Shown in pieces: positions 1-14,845 of a DNA stretch of 64,000 bases (the stretch's first letter is position 1; each line of letters begins with the position of its first letter). A program made the translations under genes and the position numbers. Source of the stretch: Paraspadella gotoi (lineage: Eukaryota > Animalia > Chaetognatha). The stretch spans positions 8,481,213 through 8,545,212 of the forward strand of contig CM119270.1 of assembly GCA_051294375.1 (NCBI GenBank). Direction: 5' to 3'. The notes below the pieces were generated by a model. That model was given only the letters and a program-made list of their open reading frames with translations. It was not told the origin of the DNA and made no database searches.

Positions 1-2419
1 ACGTTCAAGAGACTTAATAGTAGATATGGTTATTCGATATAGTGAATATAGCAAAATTTTGAGTTTAGATAATTGTGCACAGTGCCTATTGATTATTCTT
101 AAAGAAAACTAAAAACTATGCTGATATAACTTTTAATATGTGTCAAGTGCAGTTTGACATTATACAAACTTGACTATTTACACTGTGATCATATAAAAGA
201 GAAAATGGCGAGGCAAAAAGCAACGAAAATTAATTCACTTTACTTATACTCTTAATTTAGTGGGACTCTTATCCGACGAATATAGGAGGACCAAAGGTCG
301 ACTCCTTGACTCTACCTGGTGGTGACTTCACAAGATATGGATATTGAATTGAGAACTCTTATTTTAAAAAACAAATGTTTCAACATAAAAAAGTATACAC
401 CGTTTATTATTTTTTATACTCGTCAATTTCGTGTCCTCGTTGTCACGTTTTCTCTATGTCACTGATCGAGATTTTGGGTTTCTCTAAAATGAGCGAACGT
501 CACTTAACGTTACGCGTCAAATCTTAACTGACGAGGCTCAAAGGCGGTGTTATTTTATACTTGTGTGATAAATAATTTTTTTACCGTTCTCACTTTCTTA
601 CTTACTCCGGAGCCTGTCTTCAAGACCTTCATAGTCTCTTGCTACTTTTTTCTTCGATATGCGTTTTTTCGTGCAGTCTCTTCTTACTGCGTATGTTTTT
701 ACGAATTCCCATTCAACTTTATATATTTCTCGTCCTTTATGCTTTGCTATGCCTTTTGATAATAATCTCTCTAACTGACTCTTGCGATACGTGTTTCCTT
801 ATATCAGAACTTGCATTATGTATATTGGTCTAGCAGTTCGTGAGGTCAGCAAGGCGGACATATGTAATAAGTTTTAAGATATGCGTCTGATTGTTTAAGA
901 AAATAGTTGAAATATAGTAAGGGGTTGGTATGTAATCGGGATGTATCCTTCGACTTTGTTGTAATTTAGTCCTCACGTCAGCGCATAGTGACGTTTTATT
1001 CCGCCTCTAATACAAATCTTCGTATTATATACGGAAGTTTACATCTCCCGTCCTTATATTCGTTTGATGTCGCCCACATATGTTTTATTCGGCTTTCTTC
1101 TACTCGCTCGTGTGTTCGTTCCGCGAAGCAGACAATCGTGGAAGCAATTCTCAATTCGACGTATCACAGTAGGATGATCTTGATTCTAACTGCATATTTT
1201 TCCTATGATGTTCAACTCTTCAAAAATTTACCGGGAAGGCCCGATACTATACGAGTGGTGCGTACTTAAGACGAGAACGAAAAATCGTAATACAGAAATA
1301 GTCACGCATCGAGAGCGACTTTTGCTTTTATTTCCCCCGCCTTCCCAAGACCTTGTTTGGTTATTTCTTGCAATATTCCTCTGTGTGAGCATGAACACCA
1401 AAATAGTAGATTGCCCCAGAGTTTGACTATTTTTATCACTAATCCTCAGTTCTTCAATTTACTGTGAAAGGATCTAATACGCTTACGGCCGGTCGGATGG
1501 GCAGGGAAGAAAAGAAGGTAGGATAGCATTGCCACTGCTGATCTAGCTCTCCAGCCGCCAGGGGACAAAAAGAAAATTAGGCTTAGAAGCAGGCCAAGAT
1601 AAAGATAAGAAATTTATAAAATTTGATTAATACTATTGCGCGTAAGTTGAAGGGAAGCGAATAATCCTTATCATTCAAATTTTAATCCAGAGTTAAACGA
1701 TACATTTTTTTTTATTGCAAAAAAAAAAATAAAGTAAAAGCTTTCAAAAATTAAATATATAAGCGGGATTAAAGGGGGGGTTTTCTAATAAAAAAATTTA
1801 GGGGGGGAGGAATCGCACGACTCAACCCATAGATAAGATAACGCCGGTAAATAAAAAGGGAAATGAAGCAGAGAACGGACGGACGGCACGAACGAAACGA
1901 AGAAAGTTTTTGGTCACGGGAAACAACGAAATAGTTTCAACTTGTCTTTCAAAAGGCCGGCTACTGCTTCTTGCTGCTCTGTTCCTGTGGCGGGATAAGA
2001 TATTTTAGTTCTCTCTGTTGTCTCATATATTGTTAATTAGTTTATACATTGTTTGTTGTGGCCACTTGGTGTGTAAATTATATCGAGAGAGAATGTTTAA
2101 AGGGTATTGGCTTTTTTGTGCATGCGATACCCGTTCGTAAATTGAGATTTTACATTTATTGAAGTCAAGATGTGTAAAGGATACTTATTTAAAAGTCTGC
2201 ATTGTATTGTTACTTTCGCTTTAATAAAAAGGACCTTCTAATTTCTTTCTTTGATGATAATTCGGATTCAACTAACGGAGAAAAAAGCAAGGTACAAAAG
2301 AGGGAGAGAGAAACTCGTTGAGAGAGTTACTTAATTTTTGTCTTATTAATTTTGATGGTTAATCGTTAGTTGGTTATTGACCTCTGCAGTATTGNNNNNN
2401 NNNNNNNNNNNNNNNNNNN

Positions 2420-2459
<40 letters not shown>

Positions 2460-2949
2460 CCTGCAGGTGGTACCAAAGATAGTAGTGTCATTCACCCAAA
2501 ACCGCATAATCGAAATATTTTTTGAAGTCAACAAACGAATTGGATTTAAAACTAAAAGTAAAAGAAGAACAAGAAAAAAAGAAAGAGAAACAGAAAAGGC
2601 TGAAGAAGAGAGAAGAGAAAAAGAAGAAGGAAGGCTTAAAAAGAAAATAAATTATTAACAAGAAAACAGATGAATCAGAGAATGGATGAAATTTTAAGAG
2701 TTTGCGCCGAGAAATGAATCGAAAAATAGCGTTAAGTCTAGACAAGGGTCTCTCTCTATCTCTCTCTCTCTCTCAATGGTAGAGAGGCGCGCGCGACGCG
2801 AGGAAAACGCGCGCGGGAATGAAATTAAACAAGTTTGAGCAAACAATGTCGGATCTGNNNNNNNNNNAAAAAAAAACGCGCGAGGTCGTCTGAGCGGTGG
2901 GAGGCGCGGAAACTTGGCCGCGCATCCTCGATGAAAGAGAGGAGCGGGG

Positions 2950-3080
2950 AGAAAAAATTGGCGATAAGGGGGATAAAAGAGGGGACCAGGGGGAGAAATT
3001 GACAATAAAGGGGATAAAAGAGGGGACAAGGGAGGAAAATTTGGCAATAAGGGGATAAAACGGGGGACCAGGGGGAAAAA
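2950..3080. repeat. ~39-bp x3 purine-rich tandem repeat
   Basis: Unit approx. aaattggcaataaggggataaaagaggggaccaggggga. Confidence 0.7.
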
Positions 3081-3589
3081 GAGGATCGGGTTTGGGGCTG
3101 CAAAATTGGCGTGTGAAAATGAGTAAGCAAAGGAAGGGTGAGTTTAGAAATAGAGTCGGTCAACTGGACCAGGAGAAAGCTCAAAAAATGTGGGGGTGCG
3201 AGAAATGACGGTATATAAAATAGGAGCAGAGAAGGCAGATAAAGAGAGAGATAGAGAGATAGAGAGAGTGAGAGTAAGTTAATAAAATAAGAGAAATTAT
3301 AAGGCGAAGAATTGAGGGAAGGAAAATTATATATTGAGGCGGCACATTCAACCCGGCTTTTGCGATAATATAATCATTTACGCTCCCTTTTTTTGACTAT
3401 TTCAAATAGTGGAAAACCCAAAGAAACTATGGTGGTAAGAGAAGCCAGGAAATAACTGGCAAAGATGAGTAGAGATGGCGCAATAAAGTCTGAACTTCGA
3501 AGGAGAAAAATGAGAGGAAGAATGATAAAAGAGAAAAAAACAAAAGCGGACGAAGTGACGAAAAAAATGAAGGCGTCGACGACAGTTGG

Positions 3590-4210
3590 AGTAATGTTCG
3601 TCCCCGTTGTCGTCGTCGTCTTCGTTCGTCGCCATTATTGTCGTTGTTTTCTGTCGTCGCGTTCGTCGTCGCAGTAGTTGTTGTACGTAGTCGTCCTAAC
3701 TGTTGTAATCAGTTGTCGTTCATTGTTGTTTGTCGTCGTCGTCGTTGTTTGTCGTCGCCATTTTCGTCGTCGTTGTTTTCGTCATAGTTGTGTTTGTGTT
3801 CGTCATCGCCATTGTCGTCGTCGTTGTTTGTCGTCATAGTTGCGTTTGTGGTCGTCGTCGTGGACATCGCCGTAGTCGTTGTTGTTCGGTATCGTCGTTG
3901 TTCGTCGTTCGTCGTTGGGTTCATTGTCATTCGTCATCTTCGTCGTTCGTCATCGTCCTCGCCGTTGACATCGTCGTCGCGGTTTTGGTCTTTCGTCGTC
4001 GGTTTTCCTCATCGTCGTTGCGTTCGTTGTCGTTCGTCATCATCGTCGTCGTCGTTCTGGTCTTCCTCGCTCGGGGAACTAAATCGAGAACGAGGGCGGG
4101 GCGCGGCCGTTTTGACTCGGGAACGAACGGTGGCAGCCGTTGGCCTCCGTCTCTCTCTTTGGTCCTGGGGCCAGTGGTTCTTGTTGTTGTTGTTGTTGTT
4201 GTTGTTGTAG
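3590..4210. repeat. Degenerate (GTC/GTT)n low-complexity tract
   Basis: Continuous gtcgtc/gttgtt variants. Explains the poly-V/T/S/D ORFs in all frames. Confidence 0.8.
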
Positions 4211-4489
4211 AATTTGCTCGTGAGACAATACCAAAGAGACCATCTCGACAGATCAAGTTTGTGAATAGACAACTGAGCTTGATTGATTAATCGAGGAGTA
4301 GAGATTCAGATTCAGATTCAGATTCAGATTCAGATTCAGATTCAGATTCGATCCCGGTGATCGGCGTGAATGAGCATTGGGAAAACTTGACATTGTTGGC
4401 TAAATTGTATTTGTGATGAGAGTCGATCACGCAGTGTCCGAATCACGTGATCCTAGAACGACGCTCGCAAAACTGGACCTTTGGGTGAC

Positions 4490-4675
4490 AGCCGTGTCAC
4501 CACTCAAACGCTTGCCATCATTTTAAAAGTTTACCACTACTATAACGGTTTGTATCATTCCAGAAGGTTGCCACTCCTCAAACGGTTACCACCCTTCAAA
4601 ATGGGCGCCGCTACTCTAGCGGTTGCCTCTTTTTAAAAAGGTTACCACTACTCAAAACGGTTGCCACCACTCAAG
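4490..4675. repeat. Degenerate ~19-bp minisatellite
   Basis: Repeated acggttgccaccactcaaa-like units. A (GATTCA)n tract lies nearby at 4302-4349. Confidence 0.65.
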
Positions 4676-7600
4676 CTATTGCTTTCGCAATGTAATCTTT
4701 TTTTTTTCTTAATTTTTTTAAAGACCGTATTGCGATTTTTTTTCTCGTCGGAGTTCATCCCGTTCTTCCTCCTTTTTCGTCGTCGTCGAGAAATGAATTC
4801 CATCGCACAATAAAAACAAAGAAGGAAGAAGCGAAGAAGGAAAACGAGGAGGACTGCATGGCAACGACGACGACAACAACGACAACGACAATAGCAATGG
4901 CGCAATGGTCACGACGAAAGGGACGAAAATACGGATTTGATAATGACAGCAATGGCATCGACTTACGAACAGAAACCGACAGAAGCGTGACTTTGGAGTT
5001 TGAACGATGGACATATGTTACCCATACATTTTGTGAAAGGTGAGGTATTCGATTTAGTCGTAATGATGGGCAAAATGGTCTGAACGAACAATTGACGAGT
5101 AACAAAAAGTTAAAAAAAAACATTTATCATTTTTAGTCCTTGACTTTTTGGTGTTTCCAATGTTTTTTTACACAAAAAACCCAGATTTTTTAAGTAGAAA
5201 CACTCTGTTACACAATTGTATAAACTGTATAAAATATAGGAAAACACCAGCTTCACAATATTTAAAACCAATAAAAGGGAAAAAATCTATAGGAAAAAGG
5301 TTAAAAAATCCTGGGCAATCCTCCGGGAGTTGCCGAGTCCTTGGAATTGGTTCCAAACTTAAGTTTGATAGGAGCAGCGAAGGCGAAGGCGACGGCCGCG
5401 GCGGCGGCGGCGGCGACGGCCGCGGCGGCCGCGCCTTAATGGAGATGGCGGCAGCGGCGGTGAAGACGGTGCAGGCGAGTGGCGTCTCTCGATTGCGATA
5501 AGATGAAATCGTCGGCGTGAAAAAAACGCGGTTTCAATATTCTCCAAAAAGTTTATCAGAACGAGAACTTTTATAGATAAATATTTCAAAGGAAGAATAA
5601 ATGCACGTTTCTAAGAAATGTGAACTGAATGCGAGGAAAAACGAAAATACTTCAATAGTGACACCGAGGGATTGAATAATTTTTGATAACAAATACATTT
5701 GTTGGTCGTTTTTTTTTTCATTAAATGGTTTTTAATGAGTATTTTTATCTCTAATAAGTTTTATATTTTTATTTTTTATCTCATTATATCCCTTTCAGTT
5801 TTTCTTCTATTTTTCTTTCTTTTTTTTCTTTCTCTTCTTTCCCATTTTTTATTCTTTTCTTTTTTTTTCTTTATTTCTTTCTTTCCTTCTTTCTCAGCGA
5901 GTCAGCCGGAATTTAAAAGTTAAGATTTCTCATTTTTGTTTTAATCATCATTGTTGTAATTTCCATAGCTGTTGTTTCCTATTTGTTTCAGTTACATCCG
6001 CATCTTTGCACTTTTCTTTCCTTGTTCGTTCGAGCGAAACGATTCATAATGACCGAAATGAATAAAATGGTCGACTTAGACGAACGAAAATCGATAAAAT
6101 GCCATCGAAGTGACTTTTGCTTTATTTCCCCCCCCCCCGAGTTGTTTTTCTGAATTCGAGAAAAAAAAGATTCAAGTTGAATTATTAATTCCAACGAGGA
6201 TTATCGTAGGCGGGGGAACCAGGTCCGGAAATTAAATTAGTTATACTTTATTATTTGAACAAATGAACTTAAAATCGCTTAAAGGCCTTTTTTTTTAATT
6301 CGTTCAACTAGAGCTAAAGAAACTCTTGTTCTTATTTTTCTTTTTAATTTTTGGTTTTAATTGGTTATTACTCTTGCAGTCTGAATAACGTTAAAAAAAA
6401 ATAAAATGGTAAACTATTAAAATCGAGAGAAAAATTCCGTAAATAGAGAATACATACATAATTCAACGAAAGTTATATTTTCATTAAATTTTTCTTGTCA
6501 AAAAGTGATTTTATATTCATTTTCCGCCAAACTGAACCTAAGATTCGAGAATGAAAGTTTCGGAAAAATTCTAAAATATGGAGAACCACTGAGTTGGATA
6601 AAGGAGCCTTGGTGTTAAATTTTATGAAATTGGTACAAATTGATATAATAATTTAATTTTTGCTCTCCGTTAAAATCGTTGTAATTTATAACTTTTAGGA
6701 ATATAAAATTTGTTTTTTTTAATTTAGAAAATCTATATAATATAGTAATAGTAATAGTATATACCTCAAAACAAAAGCTTATAAAACCGCCAGATATTTT
6801 TCAGTAAATTAACCAATGATTTCTTCAGATAATTGACGAGAGTATAGTCAGAGTCATAATCATTTGAAAACAGCAACGCTACTTCTATTTACAAGGAACG
6901 ATAAAAAAAAGTCCTCCAATTTCACCCCCCCCCTCAACCCGCGACTCCACCGCGCGACAAAGTGGAAAACTTTGAAGGAAACAAGTTTGAAGCTGGGAAC
7001 GATTAACCCGAGCCCGTAACCCGCAAACACAAACTTCCGACGAAACATTGACGCCCAAAGAGTCATAACAAAAGTTCCACGTTTGGGGAGAGGAGAGAAG
7101 AAAGTGAGGCTGAATTGAAACGAGGACGATGTAAAGAGTTTTAAAATGTGGGCGTGGCAGTCGCACGTCGTACCTTTGATGCTTATCTTGTGACCGTCGT
7201 CGTCGTCGTCGTTGTTTGGCGATAATTCGCTGAACGATTCGAAGGAGTCAGCGACAATGATGTTTTGCTTAATCTTGTGTTCCCAACTTAAACAATTGAA
7301 GTTGAAGATGTTTCTTAAAAGTTTCCTTTTTTTTTTTGCCGTAAGCTTAACATTTTATATTTTCTTTTTTCTCGCTATATAGAACCTGTAAAATATTCAT
7401 CGTCTGTGTTGTTATTGTCGTCGTCGTCATCGCCGTTTTGTTCTTAAAATAAAATTACAAAACTCACAAGTTGGAGATGGAGAAGCTGGTTTCGCTGAGC
7501 ATTGAAATAAAAATATACCATATTAAGTAATAATAAGTATAATATTAAGTATGCTTTGGATCTCCTGGCGACGGAAAAAATGTCTTTACGTTGCGAAACA

Positions 7601-8007
7601 GATTAATAAATTCATGTGGATGCGCGAGATTCGGGAGCGTTTTTTATTCAGACGTCCCGAGCGGCTAAAAGATAGAGAAAAAATTATGAATATAGGGATT
7701 TACTAGGAAATAGAGACAGAGCCGCTTCTGGAGTAATTTGGTGTATCAGTCTTGATTTTTTTTTAAAATTAAAAGTAAAAGACGACTCGGAGAGAGGCTA
7801 GCTCTCCTAGTAAATAGGTTTTGAAAACGAAGAAGACGTTATTCTTATTCTTTAGTATTAATTTCATATGAAAAAAAAAAACGATTAGAATTCGGACAAC
7901 GAGATTCTAATCTCATCCCGAAAACTCAATTACGATGAACGAGCGGCAGATAATTTGATGAGATCACGTTTCGTGAGATTTCACGAGGTAATAAATCATC
8001 CAACGAT

Positions 8008-8077
<70 letters not shown>

Positions 8078-8326
8078 TGATGCTCAATCGAACGGAACAA
8101 GTTTCGCTCGAAGATGAAATCCATAATTTACGAATTGTCGGCGTTTGAAATCTTCTTCAGTATTGCACTTTAATCTCTACTTCCTGTACTTATTTTTTCA
8201 AGCCAAAATATATCGGTGTTTGTAAGTTTTTTTAAGAGTATAAAAACACTATTATTATTTGTGAGCGTTAAAGAAGAAAATAAGTATCTACGTACAAGAA
8301 AAACGAGAAAAGAAAGATACCCGAAG

Positions 8327-8389
<63 letters not shown>

Positions 8390-9060
8390 TAAGCATAATC
8401 TACATTTTATTCGGCGGCGTTTTGCAGCGAAAAAACATTTCTGGCGTCGTAAGAAAACAAACCGAGAAAAAATGAGAAACGGAAATAAAATGGCTGCCAC
8501 ACTGTAAAATAAAACCGGAAAATAATTAAAAGAAGGAAATAAAATGCAGAGAAAACGCAGAAAGCAAAAAACGCTAAGGAAACATATAAAATATGAACGT
8601 TATTAAAAATTCTTTTTTAGGTCTGGAACAATAATAACTTAAACTTGATTCTTCAGAAGACACTTTTAGCCATCGTCAATATGAGTTTTATAAACTTAAA
8701 CCATTCGACATTTTTTTGTTTAAGGAATTTAACAACTTATTATCTCGCTCATCAACAAGAACTTAACAATGACGTCGCTGACAAGAAAGTGAAATTTATA
8801 CGAGGTTGAGGTCGTTTTAACAAATTCACGTTTCCGTCTAATATATTCAAAATCTTTTCCCGAGCGATAAACTGTTAAGTCGTAAAGAAATTAAAAACGA
8901 AGCGTTCCTCAGCGAGACTGAGAGAGTAAAGCTCTGACGACCGTGCCATTCTACACGGCGGGAGTCAACAAATTCGAATTATGGAGAAAAGGGAAAAGTA
9001 ATCTTAATTATTTGAACGTTTCGGGCGTCCGTCGAAGGGAAAATCTGTTTTAAGGTCGTA

Positions 9061-9510
9061 TTTATTATTATGGTATAGCGGTAGTATTTCAAAACCCGCT
9101 AATCGCCCCATAATCAGCCGACGGAGGTAGCACGAGCTCCTCTCCAACCCAAAAGACTCGGGTTCGCGCCCTTCTAATTCACACCAGAAAGCATGATAGG
9201 GCGTCTCACTCACCTGTAGTGACGGATCTTTTCCTTGCGTGTAACGGACGGTGAATGCCTCGTTAACATCCAGAAACACTGAAATAAATAAAATCTTATG
9301 GCAACGGGAGGATAGCCTGTGATACCTGGGGCGCGGGGTATCTCACCAACTGGCATAGGGGCTGCGGACCCTCAGTGACCGCCACCTGTCACTGGCATGT
9401 TTATACCGGCACCGTCACATTTAAGCCAGAACCGGGATACCCAGGGATTGAACCCGGGACGCACGGATGGAATGAGATGATTTAGCCTGCTCAGCCATTA
9501 AGACGAGGCT
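9061..9510 (-). mobile_element. tRNA-derived SINE-like element
   Basis: Minus strand has A-box TGGCTGAGCAGG (9486-9497) and B-box GGTTCAATCCC (9444-9454) at tRNA-like spacing, a GC-rich body and a short (AAT)n tail at 9061-9071. Confidence 0.65.
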
Positions 9511-11211
9511 GAAGACGGACAGCAGTGAGGCAGCTTTAAGTCTTGCTGCCACAATCTCTCTTTCTCTCTCTCTCTCTCTCTTTCTGTCTCTATCCCCCTT
9601 TGATCAGAATTTTGTTTCATATAAGAAAAAGCAATCAGCTTTTTGCTCTCAATCGTTGGCCCGAAAGAGATGCGAGAGAGAGAGAAGAGGAAAGTTCAGA
9701 GAAAAAAAGGAATAAGAAATGGGATTAACGGACGAAAAGTAGAGGGATCATAGAAAGAAGATTGAAAGAAAAACAGTAAATAGAAGTATAGCGAGGGCTT
9801 GCCCGGTTTTTGGCCAGGGTACAATTTTCAATTTACCCATCTTCCCATGAGGAGGTTTATAATTTGCATTTTACATGCTTTTACTCTCCATAGCTGTTGG
9901 ATAATAATTTTATGTAATTTTTTTTCGTTGACACCTTTTAATAAAGCGCACCCAAAAAACAAGAATATCTCTCAGCAAGAACATTACCAAAATTAGAAAT
10001 TCCTCGAATATTGTATTAAAGCAATGAAAAATGGAAAATGAGTCAGAAAAAATAGACATTTAAGGTACTAATAAAATAGTTTTATGTGTAAAATTATGCG
10101 AGAAAAACAAAATATACTAAAATTCTACTAGCATATAAAATCTTAAAATGCGAAAAAAAACAAGAACGGAAATTCCAATATGTTGCGCCGCGTATTTTTC
10201 ACGTATATTTCCCTTTGATCACATGATATGACATGACATGACATGATTAAAAAACTTTCTTTGCCTGTGTAATTATGAAATGCACTGCATCAAAATTCCG
10301 TCTTTTATTCCTTATAGTTTTAAGAATTCCTGAAGGCAGCTCTAGCAGTCCCTTAGATTTGAAGTTTTTTTCTCTCTTAACAAATGAGCAACCAACTACA
10401 TTCAAATTATATGCATTTTTAAATGGAATAAAAAAAAACCTGTTTCACTAATTGATTATGCTTTTTTAATTTTTATATTAAATGTAAATGCAAGATGTAT
10501 TAATAAATCAAATAATTAATCAGTTAATTAATCAATTAGTCAATTAATTAATAAATAATTAATTAATCAATCAATTACTCAATCAATTTATTTAGTTATC
10601 TATTAATTAATTATTCAATAATCAATTTATTTTTAAATTAATTAATTATTTAATCAATCAATCAATTAATTTATTAATTAAATTATTATTTTAGTTTGTA
10701 TACTTTGTATTAATTAATTAATTAATTACCACTAATGATCGTGGGCAGATCCGACATTGTTTTCTCAAACTTGTTTTCTTGTTAGTCGTTAATAAAACGA
10801 ACGATATGTACACGAAACCAATTCTCACGTTTCTCGGTCTTGGTTTACCCTTCAAACGAAAACCGCCTAAACTCCCGCACGTTCAACTTCGAGAATCTGT
10901 CTCCTTCCATTCGAGCGACATCTCTGAGACACTCTCCAATCTCTCAATTGAAAAAAAAAAGACGAAATTGAATTTAAAAGTTCTAATCGTCGTCATGGTC
11001 GTCGTCATCGTCGTCATCGTCGTTCCTTCAAAAAAAAGTTGTTTTTTATATAAGTCTTTCACGTGATTTAGGTCATACGAATGATCGTCTCGCCTCTCGT
11101 CGATTCTTGATAGCTTTTTAATCCGAGATATTAACGTCGTCGTCGTCGTCGTCGTCGTCGTCCGTCGTCATCATCATTATAATCCGTCATCATGTCTGTG
11201 ACAGCCGAGCA

Positions 11212-11375
11212 CACAATATTAAAATTACCCATTCATTTATTAAATAAGCTGACATTGGACAGGCTGGTGGTTTAAGGCCTCCATCACTCTTACAAGATAA
11301 TGACATAGCAGGTCCCTTCAAGCTTTCAGTCTCATTTATTAACTCCCAGTGTACCTGGCTTCCCCATCAAAGATA
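11212..11375. repeat. Dispersed repeat family member
   Basis: CCATTCATTT(A)ATAAATAAGCT ... CTCCCAGTGTACCTGGCTTC also occurs, diverged, at ~44830-44955 and ~47780-47912, and partially at 14620-14670 and 21637-21695. Confidence 0.55.
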
Positions 11376-11569
11376 GTATGGCAACAGCCGGTTGCCTGTG
11401 ATGCCCATTGGAATGGAGCATTAAGTCCCCGTGAAGGACTCACGCTCTGCCCGACGTCGTCATCGTCGTCGTCATCGAATTTCGTCTCCGTCGTCGTCAT
11501 CACAATCAATAACAAGAGAGAGAAAGGGGAAATGGGGCGGGAACGTTAGGGAAGTGATTTAGTGAGAGG

Positions 11570-11636
<67 letters not shown>

Positions 11637-11690
11637 CTAGAAAATAAATATTGAGGCAAACGTAATTTCGACTTTAACTTTCCGCACGAG

Positions 11691-11834
<144 letters not shown>

Positions 11835-13038
11835 AAATAAAGTAGACGTACGTATTAAGGAATATAATAAAACAATTATTTTAATGTCCCGGTTTAAGCG
11901 TTTTACTTGTAAGAAAAGGATTAAAAGATGAGGATCACAGATCTTTCTCCAAATGGCGGAGAAAAAGCGTCTTGCTTCGTCTCATAGATGCAGAACCTCG
12001 CGAGTGCAGAGATCAGAATTCACTATCAAGGTCGAAAACGTAAATCTCTGAGTCGGCTCGATCATCGCTCGCGACGGGGAAAAGTCAGGGGTCTTGAGAG
12101 TCTAGAGAGTCTCGCTAATGAAGGAATGGAAAAAAATGAGGAAGGGGGAAAAAGTGAGAAGGAAAATGAAGGCGGATTTGTGCAGAAAATACTCCTAAAG
12201 TCATTTATTTAATTTCTGAAATCTACAACTAGTTAATCTATTCCTTAAAGGTCATCGCAAGCACAGAGAGTATATAATTTAACTTGATGAAATTTAACTA
12301 TTACTGTGCTGAATGTAAGAAAAAAAATTGGATATTTCATCTCCTACTTCTGTGGAATCATTTGGGGTAAGTCTACATTTCTTCGTAATTTTATTTATAT
12401 TTGACAGCTTTCTCCACGTTAAAGAATTGCATCCTACGAGCCTTCGGTCGAAATCTCCCGGATCCCCGAGAGTTGACAATAAAAAATAAGCAATTTAACG
12501 CATAAAACGATAAAAAAGCATTTGGCAAGACTAATAGCACTAAACGATAATTCAATAAAAATTTAACTGTCTACAAGAAAAAACTTTTGCTATTAGTTTT
12601 CTAGCACAGTAATTACTAATTACTAATTCTGATGTAATTTGAATAGTTTTTTCTTCCCTTCACTTTTCTTTTCATTTCTTTTCTTTCTTTTCTTTTCTTT
12701 TCTTTTCTTTTCCTTTTTTTTTTTTTTTTCCTTTTCTTTTTCTTTTCTTCACTTTGTGACAATTAATGTAAAAATATTTTTCGTCTTAATTGGACTCAGC
12801 CACTCACGCCGCCTTACGGTTTTCACAGGAAACGAGGCGCCGTGACTCGAAGATTCACGACTCGAGTTTCGCAGATTCACGGAAACTCAAGTTTTTTCAC
12901 GTCGGCGCTAACCGACGCATTAGAAGGGAGGGGGGAGAGAACGAAAGAGAGGGGAGAGAGGGAAGACGAAAGGGAGGAAAAGGGGGAAGGAGGACTGGGG
13001 AGGTGAAGGTAGAAGAGAAAGTGGAGAAAGGCCAAGGG

Positions 13039-13126
<88 letters not shown>

Positions 13127-13369
13127 GTTGAGAAAGGAAGAGTTGAAAAAAGGGAGATACAGAAAGAAGAGGAGGAAACGGACAGAAAGAAAAGGAGGAG
13201 AATAAAGAGAGTAAAGGAGGAAACGAAAGAAAGCATAGAAGGGAGTTAGAGAGGAGGATAGGTCTGAGAGAAAAGTCTGGAAATTATTAATAATTGACGT
13301 ACATTTAGTTGAAAAAAAGATGATGAATGAAAATGGAAAGACAGAAAGAATGAAAAAGAAAGAAATTAA

Positions 13370-13401
<32 letters not shown>

Positions 13402-13510
13402 AAAGAAAGAAAGAAAAGAAAGAAAGATGGAAAGAAAGAAAAGAAAGAGAATTCAGCAAAGGGTGGAAAGACGACTCTGTAATAGGAGGACTGTAGGAAA
13501 AGGGGAGGGT

Positions 13511-13575
<65 letters not shown>

Positions 13576-13636
13576 AGAGAGCGAGAGAGAGAGAGCAGAG
13601 AGAGAGAGCAGAGAGAGAAGAGAGAGAAAGAGAAAC

Positions 13637-13700
<64 letters not shown>

Positions 13701-14845
13701 AGAGAACGAGGAGAGAGACAGAGGAGAAAGAGAGAGAGAGAGAGAGAGATGAGAAGCCATAGTCAGAAATTTCATCAGATTTGCATTTCCTTTAAAAAAG
13801 TTCGTGCGCTGCATTGAAGATGCCTCCGCACTCTTTCAGAGTATGTAAAAGCATAAAACCAGTAGTATATTTACGTGATATGCACTAACAATACGTCACA
13901 CAATTTATGTTACAACAAACGAATTAAATACACACAAGTTTTTCCGAAGTTTTAGCTTTCGACAAAATAGACAAATAATACATACAAATAAATATATCAA
14001 CTAATCTATAAATTATTTAAGACTAAAAGACTTGAGGCCTCGTATTACGGAACTAGTTACTTTACATTTAAAAGCATCTCTTAAGTCGCGAGTAAAAAAT
14101 CCGTTAAACTTCTCTCCGCGGCTTGAAGAGGAAGGAAACTTGTTTTCATTATTTCTATGAATCGCTCAGAAAAAACTGTTTTAACAAGTTGATAATTTTG
14201 AAAATGGTTCAAATTTAAAATTTGATAAAAAAATTGAGCTTCAAAGAGGTTTAATCGTATTTTTAATGAAACAAAAAAAAACCGTTAAATTTTAAGGTAA
14301 GCCTATTTACTTTAAACTATAAATTCAAGGTTGATAAGCAAAGAAAAATAGAAAGAATGAGAGAAAGACGAAATAATAGTCACTCAGGGATGTTCGCGGA
14401 AAAAGCTTAGGAATTCGAATGAATTTTTTTTTGTATTCTCTTTAGAGAAAACAAAGTTTTATTAGTTACAAAAAACCATTTTTTTTTATAGAATTTCATT
14501 TCAAATATTTCTATTTTCAGATTAGATATTGGAACATTTCAACCAGCACAGAGCACTGAGTAGAAAAGTTTAAAAAAATAGAGAGTGATGTAATATTTTA
14601 GATCTTATGAAATTGGTACAACCATATAATAACCATTCATTTTATAAATAAGCTATCTTGCCCTCTGACTTTGACTTTATATAATTTTAATTTTAAGACT
14701 CATTTTAGTTTGTTTCTCCTCTAAGATTGAAATTTATGAACTAATACGAAATTATAACTATTACTAATACTAGGCACCGTATAAAGCCCGCTCTCCAAAA
14801 AATTGCTCATTTGTTGACTACTGCTGAGTCTTTTACTGATGGGAA

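Noticed and set aside
1-1440. Possible decayed retroelement (minus-strand NKTYVGDIKR resembles GIY-YIG; CTGACGAGGC at ~528 resembles a hammerhead core)
   Set aside because: No sustained reading frame, and the hammerhead-like motif lacks the GAAA box.
3402-4290. Overlapping poly-V/T/D ORFs
   Set aside because: Explained by the (GTC)n low-complexity tract; no domain or convincing splice structure.
9440-9510. Functional tRNA gene
   Set aside because: Only A/B boxes are evident, with no convincing cloverleaf; it continues into a SINE-like body.
11988-12480. Small plus-strand exons (MQNLASAEIRIHYQ...)
   Set aside because: Splice-like signals are present, but there is no coherent or recognisable product.
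12639-13817. Long ORFs rich in ER/SL/F (also 20167-20895, 50202-50834, 51900-52272, 53656-54117, 58528-59093, 62498-63208)
   Set aside because: They are translations of (AG)n, (AAAG)n, (AAT)n and (TTTA)n microsatellites.
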